A stretch of DNA of 63,468 nucleotides, filler included, from a bacterium (GTDB lineage: Bacteria; UBA9089; CG2-30-40-21; SBAY01), in the NCBI GenBank assembly GCA_040757115.1. It is 5 parts of 5 records of this genome, joined end to end, with 100 filler letters (N's around TTAATTAATTAA, not from the genome) between each part and the next. Parts side by side here need not be neighbours in the genome. Positions count along the whole stretch, not along the records: positions 55,755 to 63,468 come from JBFLYA010000177.1; 4 more parts are not named here. One strand, written 5' to 3'. Shown piece by piece: positions 55,755 through 63,468 of the stretch; position 1 is the stretch's first letter, and the number at the start of each line of letters is the position of its first letter. The position numbers were made by a program, and so were the translations under genes. Below the pieces are notes generated by a model. It did not search any database. It saw nothing but the letters and a program-made list of their open reading frames with translations, and was not told the origin of the DNA.

Positions 55755-58700
55755 AACACTACCTTTATCGGCTCTTTACTGACTATCAGACTATACTCTC
55801 CTTTATTGCCACTATAACTCTTATTCTTGCGCATATCAATCAGATTATCTCTATCCTTTAAGTAGAGATAGTATTGGAGTGGCACAGTGGTAATATCCCA
55901 ACTTATCTTTACTTTCCCTGGCTCTCCTACCTGCTCTACCCTAAATTTCCATTCCTTGCTTGTTTCTACTTCACTGCGATAGTCAGAGCCATATTCATCT
56001 TCCGTCGGTGAAATAAAGTAACACGCAAGATAAACAGGAGCGAATTCTCCTTCCTCTGCTGGTAACATTGGAATTTCAGCAATATCATATCCATCATCAT
56101 AGGCATCACTCGCCTCAGAGCTAACGCCAGCAAAGTTGAATCTATCAGTCAGGCTACCAGCCTTAGCTGAAAGCTGGATTGCCCAACTATCCTTATGTTT
56201 GATTGGGTTAAACTCATCCACTTCACTCTCACTACGAACTTCATTTTCCACCACCCACTCCTCTATCGGACAGAAACTCTTCCCCTCTTGAGAGGGGTTA
56301 GGGGTGTGTTTCCTACCTATCTCCTCTGCTGGAACGAGCATCTCGCAATCCACTGTCACCGGGATAAAATATCCTATCCAGGGACGAAGGACGCCAGGAT
56401 ATGACACCATCTTAAATCCCATCCCATCATAATACCATAATGAACTCTTTATCCAGCCATTTACATAAGCCGTCACCGGGTCAACTACCTCTATTCCTTT
56501 GCGAAACTTTACCTGCGCATTTAAAGCCACCGGGTAAAGATATGGGTGTCCAATATGATTCCACCTTTCAGGCAAACCGCCTTTTAATGGAATAACATAA
56601 TAACCAGAAGGATTAGTCGAACTCCCATAAACAATAATTTCATTATCTTTATCTGCGGTAATCCCATAGCCTATCTCCGGGGCAAAGTTTGGGACAGTTG
56701 AGGCTGGCGGATTATGAATGACCCAATTACTCCCATCGAAATAGACCAATCTGACATTTTGCTCAAAATTACCCCAATTCCACAACACACCTGCCGGGTC
56801 AGGATTCACGGGATGAACAGGAACAGAGATGGATTTGTAAGTTGGATAAATAGCACCAATTTTACCTGAGCTAACTGTGCCATAAGTAATCGTCGTCCAG
56901 ATAGTTGATAAAGTGTCATTCTTGCCATCAGTTGCCCAGATAGCATAAAGTAGTCCTCGCATCGTTACATTAGAGGCAGGAATAGTTCCTCGATACAAAT
57001 CACCACCTACATTAGTCATCACTGTAGAAGAGATGGTTTTTGTGCCACCTATCTTCCAGTATAAAATCGCCTGTTCAACCTTAACATTATCGGTTATCGT
57101 CGCCCTGATTATCATTGGCAGACCTGCAGGTGCTTCAGTAATCGGGGTATGTCCAATAACAGGTGGTATCGTATCTTCAAGGATAAAGAAAAAGGCTATT
57201 GCATACGCCCCTGTTTGGAGACCTCTAACTACAACTGTAGTTGTGCCTGGTGGCTGTATATCTGCTACAAAATAACTAATGAATCTACCATTAGCATCAG
57301 TTGTAGTCGTCGTAATACTTATCGTCGTCCCAAAATCTATGCCTATCTGCTCGCTGGTGCCATAACCATTGCCTATCACACACACAAGTGTCCCTACTGT
57401 TCCTTCTGATGGACTATCTACTTTAATCTCTGGGTGGATAAAGAACAAAAATTGAGCCTGGCAACCTGATTTAATTCCAACAACTATTATACTTTTAGTC
57501 CCATACGGTTGGGTATCTACTATAAATGTCTGCCTAAAAGAACCTGTCTCATCAGTAGAACTAAGAGCAATACTGATGGTCGTCCCAAAATGAATATAAA
57601 TCTCCTCCTGTCCAGCAAAACCATTTCCAAAAACAGTTACAGATGTTCCTACCGTCCCAAACATAGGTGAGACTAAGATAATATTGCCTTTGATAACAAA
57701 CCAACCATAGGCAACACAACCAGAGATAAGTCCTCTACCACTTACACTTACAGTCCCACAGCCTGCCTGTGTATCTACTGTAAATGTAGTCTTAAACTGA
57801 CCTAAACTATCTGTCATCGCCAGAGTTATACTCGGATTGATACCAAAGTCAATGGCTATTTCTTCATAGGCATGATAGCCATTACCAGCAACAGTAACAA
57901 TACTCCCTACTGTGCCATAAATTGGTGTTACCATGGTAATCTGTGCCTGCATCACAAAATATGCCTCTGCCTCAGAGCCAGAGCTAAGTCCTTTAGCCCT
58001 GACAGTTAATGTCCCACATCCTGCCTGAATGTCCACAGTGAATGTAGCAACGAACCTACCAACCGCATCAGTTGTAGTCGTCGTAATACTTATCGTCCTC
58101 CCAAAATCTATGCCTATCTGTTCGCTGGTACCATAACCATTGCCTATCACACACACAAGTGTCCCTACTGTCCCTTCTGATGGACTATCTACTTTAATCT
58201 CTGGCTGGATAAAGAACAAAGATTGAGCATGGCAACCTGATTTAATTCCAACAACTATTATACTTTTAGTCCCATACGGTTGGGTATCCACTATAAATGT
58301 CTGCCTAAAAGAACCTGTCTCATCAGTAGAACTAAGAGCAATACTGATGGTCGTCCCAAAATGAATATAAATCTCCTCCTGCCCAGCAAAACCATTTCCA
58401 AAAACAGTTACAGATGTTCCTACCGTCCCAAACATAGGTGAGACTAAGATAATATTGCCTTTGATAACAAACCAACCATAGGCAACACAACCAGAGATAA
58501 GTCCTCTACCACTTACACTTACAGTCCCACAGCCTGCCTGTGTATCTACTGTAAATGTAGTCTTAAACTGACCTAAACTATCTGTCATCGCCAGAGTTAT
58601 ACTCGGATTGATACCAAAGTCAATGGCTATTTCTTCATAGGCATGATAGCCATTACCAGCAACAGTAACAATACTCCCTACTGTGCCATGAATTGGTGTT

Positions 58701-60100
58701 ACCATGGTAATCTGTGCCTGCATCACAAAATATGCCTCTGCCTCAGAGCCAGAGCTAAGTCCTTTAGCCCTGACAGTTAATGTCCCACATCCTGCCTGTA
58801 AATCTACTGTAAATGTGGCAGTAAAAGTCCCATTTTGATTAGTTTGTGCAGTAGCAATGGTCTTAGTTATCCCAAAATCTATGGCTACTTGTTCATTTTG
58901 CCCAAATCTATCACCTGTTATGGTAAGAATTGTTCCTACTGTCCCAGAAGTAGGCTCTATAAATATCTCTGCAGAAGGAACAGAAATTATCTTAAAGTAT
59001 GTATCAGCACTCAGGTCAGAATTAAGCCCAGTAGCTTTAATTGTAGTCATACCAGCTAATTGTATGTCAATCGTAAAAGTAGCAGTAAATGTCCCTTTTG
59101 CATTGGTAATTGAGGTAGTAATAGTCTCAGTTGTTCCAAAGTCTATGCTAATACTTTCTGTCTGACCAAATCCTTTACCTGCTATCTCTACTATCGTTCC
59201 TATAGTTCCTGATGTAGGGTTAACTATTACCCTTTGTTGAGTGAGTGATTTTAAAGCTATACCGGTATCGTAGGTTTTATCATTCCAGGAACCATTTGGT
59301 TGCTGATGATTACGAATATAATTTAATGCCTGTTTTAAATTTTGTGAGGTTCTCAATTCTGGTTGTCCTAAAAATGCTAATGCTACAATTGAGGTCTCAT
59401 AGATAGTGCTTCCATCCTTTCCAAAACCACCATCTTGATTTTGTTGTCCTTTTAACCAGTTAGTTCCCTTGTTAATAGCACCTTTTATCACTGCTATATC
59501 ATTTGGATGAGTAAATATCCCTGCGTCTAATACTTGAACTAAAGAAAGGATAACTTGTGAGGTACAATATATACTTCCGGAGGTTTCAAATGGGCTAAAT
59601 CGCCAATAGTCATAATTACCTTGACTATATAATAAAAAATTAACTATATCTACATAAACTTGAATTCCACTATAATTAGACGCTAATAATGCCATTAGAA
59701 CAAGTCCTGTATCCAACGGACTACCTAAATCATCCTTCTGATACCCAAAATTTTTATAATAACCATTTTTATACGAGACTAAAATATCTGTTAAAGTACC
59801 TACACCTATACCTGCTGAATTCAAAGCTACTATTTTCCGTGCTAAATAATCACAAACATCGAGTTCAGTTGCCTCGATATAATCTATTGCCCGCAAAAGA
59901 TTACTCTTAGTCCCTTCTAAATCTAATAATGTTTGCGTAACTACACAGGTATCTCTAAACCCGGTAGTATCAGGATTGCCCCACGAATAATCGATATTCT
60001 GGTTGTCATACAACCACTTAACACCATCATTTATCTCAGCATAGCAAAAACTGGAAATAAGGACTACACTTAGCATTAAAAACAATCGTGTCCTGAACAT
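55755..60100 (-). CDS. Large secreted protein: prenyltransferase/squalene-cyclase-like alpha-alpha toroid, eight ~86-aa Ig/IPT-like repeats and a C-terminal beta region; 3' truncated
   Basis: Signal peptide (…SFCYA); QW-like motifs WLYDNQNIDYSWG, WLKGQQNQDGGFG and YIRNHQQPNGSW; repeats P..GTVG..V.V.G.G...E.I.I.FG; no stop before the contig edge. Confidence 0.85.
57294..58798 (-). repeat. Near-identical intragenic tandem duplication, period 771 nt (257 aa, three Ig-like repeats)
   Basis: 57294-58027 matches 58065-58798 with only a few substitutions. Confidence 0.9.
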
Positions 60101-60327
60101 CTTTCACCACCCTTTGGTATATAGTAATCGGATTCAACTGATTAATCAGATTTTCATTAATTTTTATCCGTTTTATCCGCTAAATCCGTTTACTATAAAT
60201 TTCCACCAATTTCCATGAATTTCTATTGTATTTCTATTTGTCTTTTAGTAATCGAATCAAACTAATCTTTTCCTTTAGTTAAATTCGCTTAATTCGATTA
60301 CCATATCTAATTCACAATTCAAGATAC

Positions 60328-60547
60328 GACCCTAAACTCTACCCCTAAACTCTACCCCCTAAACTCTACCCCTAAACTCTACCCCTAAACTCTACCCCGA
60401 CCCTAAACTCTACGACCCTAAACTCTACGCGACCCTAAACTCTACGCGACCCTAAACTCTACGACCCTAAACTCTATACGACCCTAAACTCTATAAACTC
60501 TAAACTCCCCCCGACCTTAAACTACCCCCGCGACCCTAAGCTACCCT
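60328..60547. repeat. Minisatellite of ~15 degenerate (GA)CCCTAAACTCTAC units
   Basis: Directly visible; most units are 13-18 nt, a few shorter; abuts the stop codon of the 60548-61477 gene. Confidence 0.9.
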
Positions 60548-61477
60548 TTATTTTTTCTCTTCACGCTTTTTTAATACTTCCTTTATCTCTTTTATGAATC
60601 CTTTTATACGATACTCTTCATATTCTTTACCACCACATTCAGCTACAGGTATAGTAGGGTCTTTAAGATACTCTTTGAGATATATCTCGAATTCCTCAAT
60701 AGCCTTCTCTAACTCACCTGTTCCCCACCAATAGCTAAATGCTAAAGTAAGATGTGCTTGGTAGTATGTAGGATCAATTCTAAGTGTTTTTTTTGCCTTT
60801 TCTAAATCTCCATAATAATTAGCTTGTTCATGTAATACTATAGCTTTTTCTCTCTTAGTAACTGGTTTTTTTATATAAAAAGTGACTGGTTTAGCAATAA
60901 GTAATCCATGAAAGATGTCTTTATCAGATACAGAACGAGAGTCGTAGATACCAGTAATTTCATATTCCCCTGGTTCAAGTTTAGCAGTTATATCTGGTGG
61001 AATAACCCATCTCGTTCGTACATCTCCGCCTGAACCCACAAGTTCTATTTTATCTTCCTTATAATCGTGTATTTTGGAGTAATACCTACACCAATTAATA
61101 TCTTTCAATTTTTCCTCTCGACGAATAACTTCACCTGATGTTCTTGTAACCTTGTTCACTTTAATTTTCAGATTATCATCCCATCTCCATGTAGGAGTTG
61201 CTATCTTTACTTTAATAATCTTCTCTTTTACTTCTTTTCCATAAGATTTCTCATTTTGAATTCTGTTAAATTGCCTAATACCTGCATTATTAACCCAGTA
61301 AATTTCGAAGGATAGTGGTTTCCCCTGCAAGCATTTATCATGTCCAAGAGTAGAGAATTTGAGTTCCAGGTCTTCTTCCTTTATCGAAGAACTATAAACA
61401 GGAGATATTCCTCTACATATAATTAGGTTTATAGAAAAAATAAATAAATTTGTAAAAGATTTTCGTTTTCTTATCAT
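60548..61477 (-). CDS. Secreted protein, beta-sandwich plus TPR (candidate peptidase partner or immunity protein)
   Basis: AGGAGG RBS, signal-like N-terminus, LEPGEYEITGIY strand, TPR (IDPTYYQAHLTLA...EKAIEEFEIYL). Confidence 0.75.
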   Translation of the reverse strand: MIRKRKSFTNLFIFSINLIICRGISPVYSSSIKEEDLELKFSTLGHDKCLQGKPLSFEIYWVNNAGIRQFNRIQNEKSYGKEVKEKIIKVKIATPTWRWDDNLKIKVNKVTRTSGEVIRREEKLKDINWCRYYSKIHDYKEDKIELVGSGGDVRTRWVIPPDITAKLEPGEYEITGIYDSRSVSDKDIFHGLLIAKPVTFYIKKPVTKREKAIVLHEQANYYGDLEKAKKTLRIDPTYYQAHLTLAFSYWWGTGELEKAIEEFEIYLKEYLKDPTIPVAECGGKEYEEYRIKGFIKEIKEVLKKREEKK

Positions 61478-61515
61478 TGTATTTCCCTCCTTTTTGTGAA
61501 AGATTTAAATTTTCC

Positions 61516-62172
61516 TTATTTATCACTAACCTCAAACTGACTTTTACAATCTGAGCAAAAATCTACGCCAATTGGCATTGTATTCCATCCATCAGCATCA
61601 TTAGTGCCGGAGTGCTCTGGAAGATGAGGTTTTCGATATAGATTCCATTCATCCCACAAATATCTCATCGCACATGAAGTATCACCAGCAGTGGGTGGAT
61701 CATGATGAGCAATTGAGATACCATGTCCTAATTCATGAGTAATATTATGCATTACAGCATCAGCTGATCTATCGTTTGCTCCATCTGGACGATCCCACTT
61801 CTCATCCCATCTCACCTGTTCTACATCACATCTAATTTCGGGATGGTTTTTAGGAGGTCCATTCGGACCTAAGGATAGCCCCCAATGATGATACTCCTCC
61901 CGATCTGAACCTGGACCTGGAGGACCAAAATCAAAATCTATTAACCATAGCCCATGTTGCTCAACAATATGAGCAGTTTTATGGTTAAAATTGACTACTC
62001 TACTGGTAACCCCATTAAATTCATCAGCAGTTATTTGATAATGAACACTCATTCCTGATGCAGAGGTAAAGTTCCCTCGAAGATAAATATTATCCTCATC
62101 ATAAATGAACAAGTCCTTCGTATTTGGATTTGTTCTTACATGAGTACCACTTACAAGAAATCCCTGATACTG
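61516..62172 (-). pseudogene. Start-less C-terminal fragment of a zinc metallopeptidase-domain protein (orphan module)
   Basis: HELGHGISIAHH (HExxHxxxxxH), Met-turn-like CAM and terminal FCSDC. The frame is open upstream of TTG 62112 (QYQGFLVSGTHVRTNPNTKDLFI) to a stop at 62218-62220, with no ATG, RBS or signal peptide. Confidence 0.65.
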
Positions 62173-62204
62173 TGCCCTTAATCCTGACCTGCTTATTTTA
62201 CTTT

Positions 62205-63113
62205 TTACTTTAACAATTTATCCTCACATCTTTTAATCCACTGCTTTTTCTCATAACTATCTGGAAGTTTTTGATACGCAAGTCTTGCTCTTTTATAATC
62301 TTTCATCATATAATAACCCACAGCAATAAATTTCTGGCTATTTTCACTGTAATATGGATAATCAGGATATTTATTAATAAAATTTTTATATTCAACAATT
62401 ACTTGTTCAAAATCATGGAGTCTTAAAAAACATTTACCTGTATAATAATAAGCATGTATTGCATAATTACTGGTAGAATACTCTCTGACTATCTTTTTGA
62501 AGTACTTTAATGCTAATCTATTATCTTTATCCTTGCCATGTAAATTGAATTTTTCAAGAGCTTGTTTCCAAATTTCTAATGCTTTTTTATCTTTTCCGGC
62601 AGGAGGAATTATTCTAAAAGAAATAGTTTCATATTCAATATGTTGAGAGTATATCTCTGGATATTCTTTTTGATATCCTTCTGTAGTATAAATAAATTTA
62701 ATCTTGTAATCTCCTAAACTTAATCCAAAGGGGAAGTCTTCATTTAAATTCCAAGCACAACTGATTGATTGACCTGGTGTTAAATTTATCCCGTAATCCT
62801 TAGGAAAACCCACTATCATAGGCATGAGCCTTGGTTCTTTAGATATATCACCTCCAATTTTTATTATTTTATATTTAAGAAAATGATGTAACACCAATGG
62901 CTCTGCAACTTTTAACGATACTGAACCACCATTTGTCAAAGTGGCATTTACTATAATGGGTTCTCTTTCTAAATATTCATTTTTAGATAAAACTACATCT
63001 AATTTTAGTAGCAATGAAGTTTGATTATTAACAACTTCTCCTGCATTAATAGTGGATAAAGAAATGCTAATTATATACAGCGTTCCACATAACAGTTTTA
63101 GTAATTTCCTCAT
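62205..63113 (-). CDS. Secreted protein, beta-sandwich plus TPR (candidate peptidase partner or immunity protein)
   Basis: GAGGAGG RBS, signal peptide (…STINA), EPIIVNATLTN, LTPGQS, LGDYKIKFIY and TPR pairs (F..IVREYS...YA..AYYYTGKC). Confidence 0.8.
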   Translation of the reverse strand: MRKLLKLLCGTLYIISISLSTINAGEVVNNQTSLLLKLDVVLSKNEYLEREPIIVNATLTNGGSVSLKVAEPLVLHHFLKYKIIKIGGDISKEPRLMPMIVGFPKDYGINLTPGQSISCAWNLNEDFPFGLSLGDYKIKFIYTTEGYQKEYPEIYSQHIEYETISFRIIPPAGKDKKALEIWKQALEKFNLHGKDKDNRLALKYFKKIVREYSTSNYAIHAYYYTGKCFLRLHDFEQVIVEYKNFINKYPDYPYYSENSQKFIAVGYYMMKDYKRARLAYQKLPDSYEKKQWIKRCEDKLLK

Positions 63114-63175
63114 GGTAAGACCTCCTCGTATAATATGTTTAATATAGTTATTAATTAATTTATAATTAATATTTA

Positions 63176-63342
63176 ACCTGGAATCGGCAAGTGAAAGGGT
63201 GATTAATCAATTAACTCCTTACGGCATAAACAGATATATACGATTCAAAAGTGTAGATTTCTCACTTTGCTCGAAATGACAGAAAAAGACTTTTAACTCT
63301 CATTCCGAGCGTAGCGAGGAATCTTACTTGCCGATTTCAGGT
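63176..63342. mobile_element. 167-bp MITE with 17-bp TIRs and TTA target duplication, carrying two REP-like hairpins
   Basis: ACCTGGAATCGGCAAGT ... ACTTGCCGATTTCAGGT. The empty site is visible at ~31985-31995. Contains GATTTCTCACTTTGCTCGAAATGACA and TCATTCCGAGCGTAGCGAGGAATCT. Confidence 0.85.
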
Positions 63343-63405
63343 TTAATAATATTTCTCTCCTCATGGGAGAGTTTATGAAATCTTTGATTGTGAACAAAAA
63401 GAAAC

Positions 63406-63434
63406 TTGACTTTTATGACCGGATCCTTTATTAT
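63406..63434 (+). promoter_or_regulatory. Sigma70-like promoter pointing out of the window
   Basis: TTGACT-N17-TATTAT, followed by an ATG at the last three bases (63466-63468). Confidence 0.55.
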
Positions 63435-63468
63435 TATCTCTATAGGATAAAGAGAAACAGGGTAAATG

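Noticed and set aside
59270-60040. Squalene-hopene cyclase or alpha-2-macroglobulin call
   Set aside because: Only one short toroid with QW-like motifs; no DxDD or CGEQ motif seen, and the protein is exported.
60328-60547. Possible CRISPR array
   Set aside because: Units are mostly 13-18 nt with only a few variable bases, there are no unique 25-45-nt spacers, and no cas genes are present.
1-63468. tRNA, rRNA or other known structured RNA genes
   Set aside because: None recognised by eye; a covariance-model search (Infernal/Rfam, tRNAscan-SE) is needed to exclude them.

Overview
The window is five unrelated contigs joined by artificial N-TTAATTAATTAA-N linkers (31732-31831, 39789-39888, 47798-47897, 55655-55754), plus one 100-N gap at 45010-45109, so gene neighbourhoods across the linkers are not real. 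The source looks like an AT-rich, flagellated diderm bacterium (FlgH/FlgI, GT9 heptosyltransferase) that uses B12 enzymes. Contig 1 (1-31731): a small membrane protein, an MNT-HEPN toxin-antitoxin pair and a giant secreted protein of more than 9,800 aa, cut by the contig end, built from one DUF11-like domain, 39 tandem ~183-aa repeats and many smaller Ig-like domains. Contig 2 (31832-39788): a decayed IS701-like transposase and a fragment of an AT-rich biosynthetic cluster (variant ArgJ/OAT, two B12-binding radical SAM enzymes, a CerJ/ChlB6-type KAS III-like acyltransferase, an ACP). Contig 3: murA-flgF-flgG-flgA-flgH-flgI-flgJ. Contig 4: class II RNR nrdJ, a GT4-GT9 fusion, lysA, a TPR lipoprotein and a thioredoxin-like protein. 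Contig 5: a secreted prenyltransferase-repeat/Ig-repeat protein, a CCCTAAA-containing minisatellite and a cassette-like array (secreted Ig-TPR protein, start-less Zn-metallopeptidase C-terminus, secreted Ig-TPR protein). That array sits behind a 178-bp leader that precedes the transposase on contig 2. Intergenic DNA is rich in nested miniature mobile elements. Best leads: the giant repeat protein, the B12-rSAM/ACP/KAS III/ArgJ cluster, and the orphan peptidase array with its shared leader. All family calls come from motif recognition by eye, not from database searches.
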